A stretch of 64,000 nucleotides of DNA from an uncultured Gemmataceae bacterium (GCA_963750165.1 CAVVPN010000012.1:928001-992000); one strand, 5' to 3'. Counted from the first letter of the stretch, positions 37,762 through 48,280 are shown. Made by a program: numbers and translations. The notes: generated by a model from the letters alone, not told the origin.

Positions 37762-38976
37762 ATGAGCGGTTTCCAACCCCTCAACCTTTCATCTTCTCTG
37801 CTGGCGGCCCTGGAGCGGGCCGCATATGTGCAACCCACCCCCATCCAGGCGGCCCTGATCCCGCACGTCCTGCAAGGGCGCGATGTCATGGGCCAGGCGC
37901 AGACCGGCACCGGCAAGACGGCGGCGTTTCTGCTACCGTTCCTGAACCAGTGGCGCAAGAGCGACGAGCACGGCCCGCAGGCCCTGGTGCTCGCCCCGAC
38001 GCGCGAACTGGTCGCCCAGGTCGCCGAAGAGGCCAAAAAACTGACGCCGAGCAAGGACTGCCGCACCCTGGCGGTGTACGGCGGCCAGGGCATGCGCCAG
38101 CAGATCGCGGCGCTGCAAAAGGGCGTCGCCATCGTCGTCGGCACTCCCGGCCGCGTCATCGACCACCTCGGCCGCGGCACGCTGACGTTCGATCAGGTGC
38201 GCTACGCCGTGCTCGACGAGGCCGACCGCATGCTGGACATCGGCTTCCGGCCGGACATCGAAAAGATTCTGCGGCGCTGCCCGAAAGCCCGGCAGACACT
38301 GCTGCTGTCGGCGACGCTACCGCCGCCGGTGCTACGGCTGGCGCAACGCTACCTCAACGACCCTGTTCACATCAACCTGTCGCCGGCCCGGGTCACGGTG
38401 GAGAACATTCGCCAGACCTACATCACGGTCGATGAGGACAGGAAGTTCGAGCTGCTGCTGAAGGTGATCGAGCGCGAGCAACCGCGGCAGTGCATTATCT
38501 TCTGCGAGCGCAAGCGCTGGGCGGACGAGGTGTACCGCGACCTGCGGCGCGCCGACAAGAAGGTGGCGGTGATGCACGGCGACCTGGAGCAGCCGGAGCG
38601 CGAGAAGATCATGAAGGGCTTCCGCGACGGCAAGGTGGTGTACCTGGTCGCCACGGATGTGGTGGGCCGCGGTATCGATGTCAGCGACATCTCGCACATC
38701 ATCAATTACGATTTGCCGCTCGACCCCGAGAACTATGTCCACCGCATCGGCCGCACCGGCCGCATGGGCAAGGACGGCATCGCCATCGCCTTCATCACGA
38801 AGGAACAGGGGCCGCAGCTGACCGCCATCGAAACGTTCATCAACCACCAGCTGGCCGAGGATCGCATCGCCGACTTCCAGGCGTACACGCCGCGGCAGCC
38901 GGCCGTCCCGGAGGCGCCGAAGACCGCGGCGCCCGTCTTCGGCCGTCGTGTCAAGCGCTACAGCAATCGGCTCTGA
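37762..38976 (+). CDS. DEAD-box RNA helicase
   Basis: Q motif, GTGKT, PTRELV, DEAD, SAT, HRIGRTGR. Confidence 0.96.
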   Translation: MSGFQPLNLSSSLLAALERAAYVQPTPIQAALIPHVLQGRDVMGQAQTGTGKTAAFLLPFLNQWRKSDEHGPQALVLAPTRELVAQVAEEAKKLTPSKDCRTLAVYGGQGMRQQIAALQKGVAIVVGTPGRVIDHLGRGTLTFDQVRYAVLDEADRMLDIGFRPDIEKILRRCPKARQTLLLSATLPPPVLRLAQRYLNDPVHINLSPARVTVENIRQTYITVDEDRKFELLLKVIEREQPRQCIIFCERKRWADEVYRDLRRADKKVAVMHGDLEQPEREKIMKGFRDGKVVYLVATDVVGRGIDVSDISHIINYDLPLDPENYVHRIGRTGRMGKDGIAIAFITKEQGPQLTAIETFINHQLAEDRIADFQAYTPRQPAVPEAPKTAAPVFGRRVKRYSNRL

Positions 38977-39071
38977 GCGCCGTCCGGGCCCCATTCAACC
39001 TCATTGATGGTTTCGCGCTCATCCGCGCGAAACCATAGATGAAACAACTCCCCCCCGAAAATGGCTCCGCC

Positions 39072-39107
39072 CTGGTGTAAGGATTCGCCTGCCCCCGGCG
39101 ACTCACG
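39072..39107 (+). promoter_or_regulatory. ECF promoter, autoregulatory copy
   Basis: CTGGTGTAAGGA-N15-CGACTCACG; same boxes and spacing at 39998-40033. Confidence 0.75.
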
Positions 39108-39157
39108 ACCTGGCAGAGACCCTTCATCGCCCGGCACACCAGGGGGAGGCGACCACG

Positions 39158-39754
39158 ATGGCCAGGCAAGTACCCGGCGAGGACCGCCAAGTGGGCCGCG
39201 AGCTGCCGCCGCCCGGCGAGTGGGTGGGGCGGTATGGCGACGCCCTGTATCGCTACGCCGTGTCGCGGCTGCGGCGACCGCCGGAAGCGGAGGAGGCCGT
39301 GCAGGAAACGTTCCTGGCGGCGCTGCAGGTCCGAGCACGCTTCGCGGGCCAAGCGGAGCCGTTGACCTGGCTGCTGGGCATTCTGCGGCATAAAATCGCT
39401 GATCGGCTGCGGGCGGCGGCGCGGCACGGCAACCGCGCCGATGTGGACGACCTGGACACCTGGTTCGATGCCAGTGGCCATTGGCGGCGGCCGACGGTGC
39501 GCTGGACGGACCCGGCGGAACTGGTCGAGCGGCAGGACTTCTGGCGCGTGGTGCGCGGCTGCCTGGCGAAACTGCCGGCGGCCATGGCCGAGGCGTTCGT
39601 ACTTCGCACCCTGGACGACTGCGCCGCTGCGGAGGTCTGCCGGACCTTGACCATCACGCCGGCCAACCTCTGGGTGCTGCTGCACCGCGCCCGGTTGCGA
39701 CTGCTGCGCTGCCTGCAAATCAACTGGTTCAACGCCGAGGAAAAACCGTGCTGA
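39158..39754 (+). CDS. ECF sigma factor
   Basis: AEEAVQETFLAA, TWLLGILRHK, NLWVLLHRAR. Confidence 0.9.
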   Translation: MARQVPGEDRQVGRELPPPGEWVGRYGDALYRYAVSRLRRPPEAEEAVQETFLAALQVRARFAGQAEPLTWLLGILRHKIADRLRAAARHGNRADVDDLDTWFDASGHWRRPTVRWTDPAELVERQDFWRVVRGCLAKLPAAMAEAFVLRTLDDCAAAEVCRTLTITPANLWVLLHRARLRLLRCLQINWFNAEEKPC

Positions 39755-39984
39755 GCTGTCGCCGCATGACGCAGGTGATTTCCGACGGACTGGACCGCCG
39801 GCTGTCCTGGCTGGAGCGGCTGGGACTGGCGATTCACCTGCTGGGGTGCTCGCCCTGCTGCCGTTTCCGCCAGGCCGTCCGCTGGCTGCACCGTTCGTTG
39901 GCGCAGGCGCCGTCCGAGGAGCAGCTGTCGCCCGAGGCGCGCGACCGCATCCGCCGCGCCTTGGAGGAGGCCGCCGGGGAGTAA
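39748..39984 (+). CDS. Zinc-finger (ZAS/zf-HC2) anti-sigma factor
   Basis: MLSC...HLLGCSPC (HxxxCxxC); overlaps the sigma stop. Confidence 0.85.
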   Translation: MLSCRRMTQVISDGLDRRLSWLERLGLAIHLLGCSPCCRFRQAVRWLHRSLAQAPSEEQLSPEARDRIRRALEEAAGE

Positions 39985-39997
39985 TTTTTTCGCGCCG

Positions 39998-40033
39998 CTG
40001 GTGTAAGGAACCCGGCGTCCGCGACGACTCACG
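39998..40033 (+). promoter_or_regulatory. ECF promoter, target-gene copy
   Basis: CTGGTGTAAGGA-N15-CGACTCACG. Confidence 0.75.
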
Positions 40034-40098
40034 GGCGATGAAGGGGAAGCCATCTCGGCCGGCTCCCCGCGACGACATCTCGCCTGTGAGGATGAACC

Positions 40099-41409
40099 AT
40101 GTTGAACTGGATCTGGACCCGCCGCCCGTTGCCGTGCCGCGCCGCCCGCCCGAAAAGTCTGCACCTGGAGGCCCTGGAGGACCGCATGGTCCCGTCGGCC
40201 GTCACCGTCTACACCGAGACGAACAACCCCGCCGCGGGCCAGAACGCCGTGCTGGCCTACCGCAGCAACCCGGTGACCGGCAACCTGACGCTGATCGGCA
40301 GCTTCTCGACCGGCGGCACCGGCGAACTGAACCTGCCCAAGGTGGTCGGTCCTGACGACGGCGACCACCAGGTCGTCGCCAGCCGGGACGGCCGCTTCCT
40401 GTACGCGGTGAACGAGGGCAGCAACTCGATCACGGCGTTCCGCATCGACCCCAACGGCCGCCTGGACCGCATTGGCACGGTGGACTCGGGCGGCATCGAA
40501 CCGGACGGCCTGAGCGTGGCGGGCAACCAGGTCTACGTGGCCAACCGCGGCGACGCGACACAGACGCAGCCGGGCACCGTGGCCCCGAACGTCACCGGCT
40601 TCAACGTCGGCCGCGACGGCCGCCTGTCGCTGATCGCCGGCTCGACGGTGTCGTTCCCGGTGGGCACCTTCGCCACGCAGGTGCTGGTGACGGCGAACGA
40701 CCGGCTGCTGTTCGTGCAGCTGGCATCGCTGAGCGGGGCGCCCGAGGGCAACACGGTGCAGCCGTTCCAGATTCAGGGCGACGGCACCCTGGTGGCGTCG
40801 CCGGGCGGCGGCGTGGGCCAGCCGATCAACCCGTCGGTGCAACTGGGCCTGGCGTTCAACCCGCACCTGAACATCATCTACGCGGGCCTGACCGGCAATG
40901 GCCAGGTGGGCGTCTACACCTACGACGAGACGGGGCGGATTTCGTTCGTCAGCGCCGCGTCAGACCAGGGGTCGGCGCCGTGCTGGATCACGGTCAGCGG
41001 CGACGGCCGCACGCTGTACGCCTCCAACACCGGGACGGACTCGGTCGGCGTTTATTCGCTGGCGAACCCGCTGCAGCCGGTCGAGATCCAGGAATTTTCG
41101 CTGGGCGGCCCGCACGGCCCGGCGGGCGGCCCCACCCAGACCGCCGACTTCGAACTCGCGCTGAGCCCGAACGGCCGCACGCTGTACGTGATCGGCCAGA
41201 ACACCAGCCCGACCGCCTCGTTCCCGCAGGGCAACCAGCTGCACATCCTGTCGGTGGCCCGCGACGGCACCCTGAGCGAGCCGGCGGGCCCGATCATCTT
41301 CCCGACGTCGCTGGTGCCGGCGGACGCTCACCCGCAGGGCCTGGCAGTGGTCGGCGGCACGACGAACGGGCACGGTTTCTTCGATTGGGATTTTGACGAC
41401 CGTGATTAA
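40099..41409 (+). CDS. Extracellular lactonase-like beta-propeller protein
   Basis: Planctomycete N-terminal motif LEALEDRMVPS; repeated SxDGRxLY blades. Confidence 0.8.
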   Translation: MLNWIWTRRPLPCRAARPKSLHLEALEDRMVPSAVTVYTETNNPAAGQNAVLAYRSNPVTGNLTLIGSFSTGGTGELNLPKVVGPDDGDHQVVASRDGRFLYAVNEGSNSITAFRIDPNGRLDRIGTVDSGGIEPDGLSVAGNQVYVANRGDATQTQPGTVAPNVTGFNVGRDGRLSLIAGSTVSFPVGTFATQVLVTANDRLLFVQLASLSGAPEGNTVQPFQIQGDGTLVASPGGGVGQPINPSVQLGLAFNPHLNIIYAGLTGNGQVGVYTYDETGRISFVSAASDQGSAPCWITVSGDGRTLYASNTGTDSVGVYSLANPLQPVEIQEFSLGGPHGPAGGPTQTADFELALSPNGRTLYVIGQNTSPTASFPQGNQLHILSVARDGTLSEPAGPIIFPTSLVPADAHPQGLAVVGGTTNGHGFFDWDFDDRD

Positions 41410-41431
41410 GGTTGAGGTGCCGGTGCCTTGA

Positions 41432-41482
41432 TGACCCCGTTTACGTTTCGCGCGGATTGAAGTGCACGCGAAACGTAAACGG
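41432..41482. repeat. REP-like palindrome, CCGTTTACGTTTCGCG family
   Basis: Matches 32666-32715. Confidence 0.85.
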
Positions 41483-41496
41483 CGTTCTCTTTCTTC

Positions 41497-42451
41497 TCAC
41501 GTCACTCCCGCCAGTTGCCGCACCCACGGCTTGGAATAATAGCGATCCCACGAATCCGCGAGCAGCGCCACCACGGGGCCGCGCACGTCGCCGCGTGCCG
41601 CCACCCGCAGCGCCGCCGCCACCGCCGTGCCCGACGAGCCGCCCACCAGCAGCCCCTCCTCGCGCAGCAGCCGGCCCGTCATCGCGAACGACTCCGCATC
41701 ACTGATCAGCTCCGCCGCGTCGAGCGCCGTCAGGTCGAGCGTCGCCGGCGGCACACTGGAGCCGATGCCCTCTACCTGGTAGGCCGCGTCCAGGTCGGGG
41801 TGGCGCGCGTCCACCAGGTGCGCCAGCCGCGAACCGACCGGGTCCGCCAGGACGATGCGCACGTGCGGCAGCAGCGGTTTCAGGTAGCGGCTGACGCCGG
41901 TCAGGGTGCCACCGGTGCCGGCCCCCGCCACGAACGCGCCGAGCTGGCCCTGCGTCTGGCGGAACAATTCCGGCCCGGTCGTCAGTTCGTGGACGCGCGG
42001 GTTGGCGGGGTTGGCGAACTGATCGGTCAAAAACCAGCCGTTTTCCGCGGCCAGGCGCTTCGCCACCTGCTGGAAGTTGCGCGGATCGTGCGGCGGCGCA
42101 TTCGCGGTCATCACCACCTGCGCCCAGCGCCGCCAGGGCGATGCGCTTATCGACGGACATCTTTTCGGGCATGACGCACACCAAACGGTAGCCGCGCGCC
42201 GCCGCGACCAGCGCCAGGCCGACGCCGGTGTTGCCCGCGGTGGCCTCGATGAGCGTGGCGCCCGGCTGCAGGACGCCACGCTGCTCGGCGTCCTCAACGA
42301 TGGCGCGGGCGATGCGATCCTTGACGCTGCCGCCGGGGTTGAGGTGCTCGCACTTGGCCAGCAACGGCACCGGCAGCCCGGCACCGATGCGCAGGAGCGG
42401 CACCAACGGGGTGTTGCCGATGTGGTCCAGAATGGTGGCGGCGGGGGACAT
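41497..42451 (-). CDS. cysK: Cysteine synthase family PLP enzyme, frameshift near 42121
   Basis: [32 protein letters not shown] across two frames; a CBS-like paralog cannot be excluded. Confidence 0.8.
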
Positions 42452-42565
42452 GGCACTCTGGGGGGAAAATCACTCAATACGCCCCATTTTGCTTCTCATG
42501 GTACGCCTTTCCGTGAACGGTGAACGTTATATGCTTTTTTGTCTTCCTGGCGGTTCTTCTGCTTT

Positions 42566-44740
42566 TCAACTTTCCTGCAGCCGCCATTTCAGCGCTGTAT
42601 AGCGTCGGGCCGTGTCCTGCCGTTGCACCGCCAGCGTCAGTGCCTTGCCGCTGCCGACCAGCACCACCAACTTCTTGCCGCGCGTGATGGCGGTATAGAG
42701 CAGGTTGCGCTGCAACATCATGTAATGCTGCGTGTGCAGCGGAATCACCACCGCCGGGTATTCGCTACCCTGAGACTTGTGAATCGACAAACAGTACGCC
42801 AGGGCCAACTCGTCCAGTTCGCCGAAATCATAACTGACTGCCCGGTCCTCGAAGTCCACGACCAGTTCGCGCTCGTTGAGATCAATGGACTTGACGCGGC
42901 CAATATCTCCGTTAAAGACTTCCTTGTCGTAGTTGTTAACCGTCTGCAGCACCTTGTCGCCGACGCGGTACGTCCAGCCGTAGCGCTCCACCTCGGCGAC
43001 GCCGAGCTGCGCCGGGTTCAGCACCTCCTGCAACCGCGTGTTCAGGTGCCGCGCCCCCAGTTCGCTGCGGTTCATCGGCGTCAGCACCTGCACGTCGCGG
43101 AACGGGTCCAGGCCGAAGCGCGCCGGGATGCGTTCGCGCACCAGTTGAATGATCCGCTCCAGAATCGCGTCCGGCGTCGCCGCCTCAATGTGATAGAAGT
43201 CGGTGAGTTGCCCCGGTGGCCCAGACTCGGGCACCTCGCCCTGGTTGACCTGGTGCGCCGCCTGCACGATGCGACTGTGGCCGGCCTGGCGGAAGATTTC
43301 GGTCAGCCGTACCACCGGCACCGCCCCGGACGCGATCACATCCGCCAGCACCGCCCCCGGCCCAACCGACGGCAGTTGATCCACGTCGCCGACCAGCACC
43401 AGGCATGCCCAGCGCGGCACCGCCCGCGCCAGCTGGTTCATCAGCACCACGTCCACCATCGACGCCTCATCGACGATCAGCAAATCCACGTCAAGATGAT
43501 GTTCGCGGTCGCGCTTGAAGCCGCCCAGGCCCGGGTCGAACTCCAGCAGCCGGTGGATGGTCAACGCTTCGCGGCCCGTCGTCTCGCTCAGCCGTTTCGC
43601 CGCCCGGCCCGTCGGCGCACCCAACGCGCAGCGCAGGCCCTTTATCGAGAATATTTCAAGTATCCCTCTCACAATCGTCGTTTTTCCGGTGCCCGGGCCG
43701 CCGGTAACGACCAGCACTTTTTGCGTCGCCGCCTGGCGGACGGCCTCGCGCTGCGTCGGCGCCAGCGTCAGCCGCATTCGCTGCTCAATGGCCGCCAGCG
43801 CCGCGTCGAGATCCACGCGCGGCAGCGGGTGGACGCCCTGCTTCAACTCCTTCAGCGTCCGCGCCACGCCCTGCTCCGCCAGGAACAGCGTGGTCAGGTA
43901 CAGCCACGGCTCGTCCGCCTGACCCTGGCTCCACGGTTCGCGGATGAGGCTTTTGTCCTCGCGCAGACTCTCGACGGCGGCGCGAACGATGTCCGGCGGG
44001 ATGCCCGTCAACTGACCGGTCTGCTCGACGACGCCCTGCTCGGGATAGCCGCAGTGGCCCTGACTGCTCAGCTGCTGCAACACGTAGCGCAGCGCCGCGG
44101 CCGCCCGCAGCGGTGAGGCGCGGTCGATGCCGAGCTTCTCCGCCAGCTGGTCGGCGCTCTGGAAGCCAACGCCCCAGATATCCGTCGCCAGCCGATACGG
44201 ATTGCTGCGCACCAGGTCCACGGCCTGGTCGCCGTAGGTCTTGTAGATGCGCACCGCCCGCGCCGTGCCGACGCCGTGCTCCTGGAGGAAGATCATGATC
44301 GAGCGCACCGCCTTCTGCTCGCGCCAGCTTTCGCGGATACGCTGGATGCGCTTGGGGCCGATGCCCTTGATCTCCTGCAGGAACGCCGGGCTCTCGTCGA
44401 TGACCGCCAGGGTGCGTTCGCCGAACACCTCGACAATCTTGCGGGCGTAGTGCTTGCCGATGCCCTTGACCAGGCCGGACGCCAGGAAGCGTTCGATGCC
44501 TTGTTTGGTGTGCGGCGGCGTCGTGACCAGGCGCTCCGCCTTGAACTGCAAGCCGTGCTGACGGTCCTGCTGCCAGGTGCCCTCGGCCTCGACGTACTCG
44601 CCGGCAACGGCGCTGGCCAGGACGCCGACCACGGTTGCCAGGCCGCGGCGCCCGGCGACCTGGACGCGCAGTACCGCAAAACCCGTGTCCGGGTTGTGGA
44701 ACGTCACCGTCTCAATGGTGCCCGTCAGCGCTTCGCTCAT
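42566..44740 (-). CDS. recD2: RecD2-like SF1B helicase
   Basis: KGIG HhH motifs, GGPGTGKT, DEASM, QLPSVGPG, HKSQGSEY. Confidence 0.95.
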   Translation of the reverse strand: MSEALTGTIETVTFHNPDTGFAVLRVQVAGRRGLATVVGVLASAVAGEYVEAEGTWQQDRQHGLQFKAERLVTTPPHTKQGIERFLASGLVKGIGKHYARKIVEVFGERTLAVIDESPAFLQEIKGIGPKRIQRIRESWREQKAVRSIMIFLQEHGVGTARAVRIYKTYGDQAVDLVRSNPYRLATDIWGVGFQSADQLAEKLGIDRASPLRAAAALRYVLQQLSSQGHCGYPEQGVVEQTGQLTGIPPDIVRAAVESLREDKSLIREPWSQGQADEPWLYLTTLFLAEQGVARTLKELKQGVHPLPRVDLDAALAAIEQRMRLTLAPTQREAVRQAATQKVLVVTGGPGTGKTTIVRGILEIFSIKGLRCALGAPTGRAAKRLSETTGREALTIHRLLEFDPGLGGFKRDREHHLDVDLLIVDEASMVDVVLMNQLARAVPRWACLVLVGDVDQLPSVGPGAVLADVIASGAVPVVRLTEIFRQAGHSRIVQAAHQVNQGEVPESGPPGQLTDFYHIEAATPDAILERIIQLVRERIPARFGLDPFRDVQVLTPMNRSELGARHLNTRLQEVLNPAQLGVAEVERYGWTYRVGDKVLQTVNNYDKEVFNGDIGRVKSIDLNERELVVDFEDRAVSYDFGELDELALAYCLSIHKSQGSEYPAVVIPLHTQHYMMLQRNLLYTAITRGKKLVVLVGSGKALTLAVQRQDTARRYTALKWRLQES

Positions 44741-44792
44741 GGTGTGATTGTAGCGGTTCGGGCCGCCGCCACGCATGTCAGCCGCCCTGGTC

Positions 44793-44848
44793 GTGGGGCC
44801 GACATTCCTGTCTGCCGGGTGCCCGGCAGACAGGAATGTCGGCCCCAC
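44793..44848. repeat. REPIN-like palindrome
   Basis: Same family as 15195-15250. Confidence 0.85.
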
Positions 44849-44941
44849 GATAAAAAGGCTTGCCGGCCGCGCCGCGCGGCGTGAAGATAAAGAAGCGTAA
44901 CCCCTTGCCGGTCGCTCTTCGTTCCGCCCTGAGATGTTTCC

Positions 44942-46141
44942 ATGCCGATCAATGTGACCTGTACGAATTGCTCCACCACCTTGAAGGCGCCGGACACGGC
45001 GGCCGGCAAGCGAGTCAAGTGTCCGAAGTGCGCCGCCATCCTGGACGTGCCCGCCGCGCACGGGGTCGTGGTGGAACCGCGGCCCATCACCGTCAATGTG
45101 CCGCCACCCGTGCCGGAGGTGCCCGAGTTGGTCGAGCCGCCGATGGAGGACGAGCCGCGCCGCCGGAGCCCGCGCCGCGACCGCGACGAGGACGAGTATG
45201 ACGACGAGCCGCGCCGCCGTCAGCGCCCCGCTCCCGCGGCGGCCGGGGACGACAGCGGCGGCGCGCAGATGGGCCTGGGCATCGGCTCGCTGTGCGTCGG
45301 CATCATCTCCTGCTTGCTGGGGTTCATCCCCTGTGTGGGGATGTTCATCTCCATCCCGCTGGCGATCATCGGCCTGATCCTGGGAGTCGTCGGACTCATC
45401 CTGGCCCTGACCAACAAGAACAAGGGCCTGGGCATGCCCATCGCGGGCGCCGCGGTTAACGGCCTGGCGATCCTCATTGTCGTCGTCATGTGGACCGTGG
45501 TCTTCGCCTGGCTCGGCGTCACCACCAACCAGGCCGTGAACACGGCGATCGACCAGGCCAAGAAAATGCAGGAAGACGCCGAGCGGCGGAAACGGGAAGC
45601 GGAACAAAAAACCCAGGAGGAACGCAGGAAAAGCCAGGACAACCTGCGCCAACTGGCCCTGGCCATGCAATCCTACCACGCCACTTACAAGCGATTTCCC
45701 AGCGCCAACAAGAATGGCCTGAGCTGGCGCGTCGAATTGCTGCCCTATCTCGAACAGATCGAGTTATACCAGCGATTCCGGTTGAACGAGCCCTGGAACA
45801 GCCAGAATAACTTCCCGTTGCGCAACCAGATGCCCGAGGTGTACAAGCCGGTGCGCAAGGGCATCGGCAACACCCACACGTTTTACCAGGTGTTCGCCGG
45901 CAAGGACGGTCTGTTCCGCGCGGACAGGGACGTGCGCATGCCTCTCTCATTCCCGTTGGGCACGTCCAACACGTTTCTGATCGTGGAAGGCGACCAGACC
46001 GTGGAGTGGACCAGTCCCAACGACATCTATTACGATCAACAACGCCTCGTCCCCCGGTTCGGCCAGATGTTCGATAATGGCTTCAACGTGGCCCTGGCGG
46101 ACACCGACGTCCGTTGGTTCGACCGCAACGCCCTCAATTAA
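44942..46141 (+). CDS. Zinc-ribbon + TM + DUF1559 protein, possibly prematurely stopped
   Basis: CxxC...CPKC; TM helices; SQDNLRQLALAM, LSWRVELLPYLEQ. Confidence 0.8.
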   Translation: MPINVTCTNCSTTLKAPDTAAGKRVKCPKCAAILDVPAAHGVVVEPRPITVNVPPPVPEVPELVEPPMEDEPRRRSPRRDRDEDEYDDEPRRRQRPAPAAAGDDSGGAQMGLGIGSLCVGIISCLLGFIPCVGMFISIPLAIIGLILGVVGLILALTNKNKGLGMPIAGAAVNGLAILIVVVMWTVVFAWLGVTTNQAVNTAIDQAKKMQEDAERRKREAEQKTQEERRKSQDNLRQLALAMQSYHATYKRFPSANKNGLSWRVELLPYLEQIELYQRFRLNEPWNSQNNFPLRNQMPEVYKPVRKGIGNTHTFYQVFAGKDGLFRADRDVRMPLSFPLGTSNTFLIVEGDQTVEWTSPNDIYYDQQRLVPRFGQMFDNGFNVALADTDVRWFDRNALN

Positions 46142-46230
46142 AACCAACTCCGGGCGGCGATCACGTCCGACCCGAACGGGCCGCCCTTGCCGCGAAAATA
46201 ACAAGACAATCTGAATCCCACGAGGCAACC

Positions 46231-47403
46231 ATGACCATTAGCGTGACCTGTGACGGCTGCGAACGGACCCTAAAAGCCCCGGACAGCACCGCCGGCCGCA
46301 AGATCAAGTGCCCGAAATGCGGCGCCGTTGTTCTCGTGCCCGAGCCGGACGAGGACGAGGAGGCGGCCTCCCCTGCCCTCAAAAAGGGTGCGGCTCCGGC
46401 TCAGCGCAAGCGCGCGGCGGCAGACGACGAAACGCCGCGCCGCAACGGCCGCCGGGACGAGGAGGATGAGGAAGACGAGACGCCGCGGCGCAAGAAGAAA
46501 AAGCGCAAGGCCCAGAAAAGCAGTCCCCTGCTGTGGGTGGGCATTGGCGGCGGCGTGCTGGCCTTGATTATCATCATCATCGTGATTCTGTTGCTCAACC
46601 GACCCGCGGCGCAGCCCCCCGCCAGGGACAACAAGGACGTGGCGAATCAGGACAAGAAAAAGGGCAAGGAACCGGTGGTGGAGCGGAAGCTAGACCTCGG
46701 GGCCGACGGCAAACTGGATTCGCCCAACAATGGGACCATCTCCGACTTTCACCAGAGCAAGGAAAACCTCCGCCAACTGGCCCTGGCGATGAAGACTTAC
46801 GAACTCGAACGGCGAAAGTTTCCAGGGGCCGCGATCCTTAGCAAGGACGGCAAGAAGACGCCGCTGTTGAGCTGGCGCGTCACCCTGCTGCCGTTCCTGG
46901 AGCAAGAGAACCTGTACCGGCAGTTCAAGCTGGACGAACCGTGGGACAGCGCGCACAACAAAAAACTGATTCAGTCGATGCCGAAGATCTATCAGCCGGT
47001 GCGGCGCGAGCACCCGGAGGGCGGCCGAACCTATTACCAGGTGCTCACGGGCAAATCGGGGCTCTTTGGGGAAGGGCGCGAGCCGCGCCCGAATCAGATC
47101 ACGGACGGCTCCTCCAATACGTTTTTGATTGTGGAAGGCATCGACCCGGTCGTGTGGACGAAGCCCGAAGATCTGGCGTATGACAACGAACTCAAGGGCG
47201 AAGCCGTCAAGAAAGAACCCGCGGCGAATTTCAAATTCAGGGGCGGTCAACCCGTGACCAAGATCGGGGGCATGTTTGCCAACGGCTTTTGCGCGGCCCT
47301 GGCGGACGGCCGCGCTGAGCGTTTCGCGCGGGAGATTCCCGCGTGGAAGATTCACGCGCTGATTACCTACAACGGTGGCGAAGTCTTCAACCTGGAGGAT
47401 TAA
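46231..47403 (+). CDS. Zinc-ribbon + TM + DUF1559 protein (tandem paralog)
   Basis: CDGC...CPKC; one TM; NLRQLALAM, LSWRVTLLPFLEQ, ITDGSSNT. Confidence 0.85.
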   Translation: MTISVTCDGCERTLKAPDSTAGRKIKCPKCGAVVLVPEPDEDEEAASPALKKGAAPAQRKRAAADDETPRRNGRRDEEDEEDETPRRKKKKRKAQKSSPLLWVGIGGGVLALIIIIIVILLLNRPAAQPPARDNKDVANQDKKKGKEPVVERKLDLGADGKLDSPNNGTISDFHQSKENLRQLALAMKTYELERRKFPGAAILSKDGKKTPLLSWRVTLLPFLEQENLYRQFKLDEPWDSAHNKKLIQSMPKIYQPVRREHPEGGRTYYQVLTGKSGLFGEGREPRPNQITDGSSNTFLIVEGIDPVVWTKPEDLAYDNELKGEAVKKEPAANFKFRGGQPVTKIGGMFANGFCAALADGRAERFAREIPAWKIHALITYNGGEVFNLED

Positions 47404-47442
47404 GGTTGCGCTACCGCCACGGCGCGTCGGGTTCGCCTTGAT

Positions 47443-47463
47443 ATAGGACCGCTTCGGTCCTAT
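47443..47463. promoter_or_regulatory. Probable Rrf2 operator
   Basis: ATAGGACC-gcttc-GGTCCTAT palindrome about 45 bp upstream of the Rrf2 gene. Confidence 0.6.
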
Positions 47464-47506
47464 TATCATAATGTCCTCCTGGGGCAGAACCTTCACCGGG
47501 CGCACC

Positions 47507-47974
47507 ATGACCCTGTTGCCGCGCAAAGTCGATTACGCCTTGCTGCTGCTGTGCTACCTGCGGCACCACCCCGAGGGCGCCTGCGCCCGCACCCTGGCGG
47601 ATCAACTCGCCCTGGGCCGACCGTTCGCCGCGAAGATTCTCAAACTCCTGTGCCGAACACGGTTTGTGGCGAGCCAGCGCGGCCTCAAGGGCGGCTATGT
47701 GCTGACGCCGGCCGCGGCGGGTCGCAGCCTGGCCGAGTTGCTCGACGCCCTGGACGACGGGTTCTTCCTGGCCGAGTGCAACCACGAGCCACCGGACACC
47801 TGCTGCGCCCTGTACGAGCGTTGCCCGGTCAAGGGGCCGATTGCCGAGGTGCATCGTCGGCTGCGGGAGGTGCTGGAACAGGTGACACTGGGAGAATTGT
47901 TCGCGCCGGGCGGCACCGTGATGAGGCTGCAACTGGACACGTCACGCTGCGAGGGGGCGGCGGTGTCCGTTTAG
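47507..47974 (+). CDS. Rrf2-family (IscR-like) regulator
   Basis: DYAL, SQRGLKGGY, Cys cluster C-x7-CC-x5-C; precedes iscS. Confidence 0.9.
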   Translation: MTLLPRKVDYALLLLCYLRHHPEGACARTLADQLALGRPFAAKILKLLCRTRFVASQRGLKGGYVLTPAAAGRSLAELLDALDDGFFLAECNHEPPDTCCALYERCPVKGPIAEVHRRLREVLEQVTLGELFAPGGTVMRLQLDTSRCEGAAVSV

Positions 47975-48004
47975 AGCGGTTCACAGCCGCGTGGATCACG
48001 CCCC

Positions 48005-48094
48005 GTAGGACGGCTCTCCAGAGCCGTCTCCGAGACAAGGACGGCTCTCCAGAGCCGTCTCCGAGACAAGGACGGCTCTCCAGAGCCGTCCCAC
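48005..48094. repeat. Tandem REP units GGACGGCTCTCCAGAGCCGTC, 31-bp period, 3 copies
   Basis: Starts with GTAG; same family as the inverted pair at 53368-53426. Confidence 0.9.
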
Positions 48095-48137
48095 AGGCTG
48101 TGCGCAAACCAAGTGTGAACGGCTCTAGGACGGAGGA

Positions 48138-48255
48138 TTTCACCACGGAGAACGCAGAGCACGCAGAGAAAAGACAACAGAGGATCCACAGATGACGCAG
48201 ATGGAACACAGATAAAGACATTTGAATTGGTCTTTATCTGTGTCATCTGTGGATC
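48138..48255. repeat. CACCAC-family half element plus ATCCACAGAT...ATCTGTGGAT palindrome
   Basis: caccacggagaacgcagag resembles the arm at 2988; followed by a related hairpin. Confidence 0.7.
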
Positions 48256-48280
48256 GATTCCTCGTCAGGACGGGGTTGCG

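Noticed and set aside
48005..48094. 31-bp periodic repeat as a CRISPR array
   Set aside because: Linkers are identical and only ~10 bp, there are no cas genes, and the same unit forms an inverted doublet at 53368
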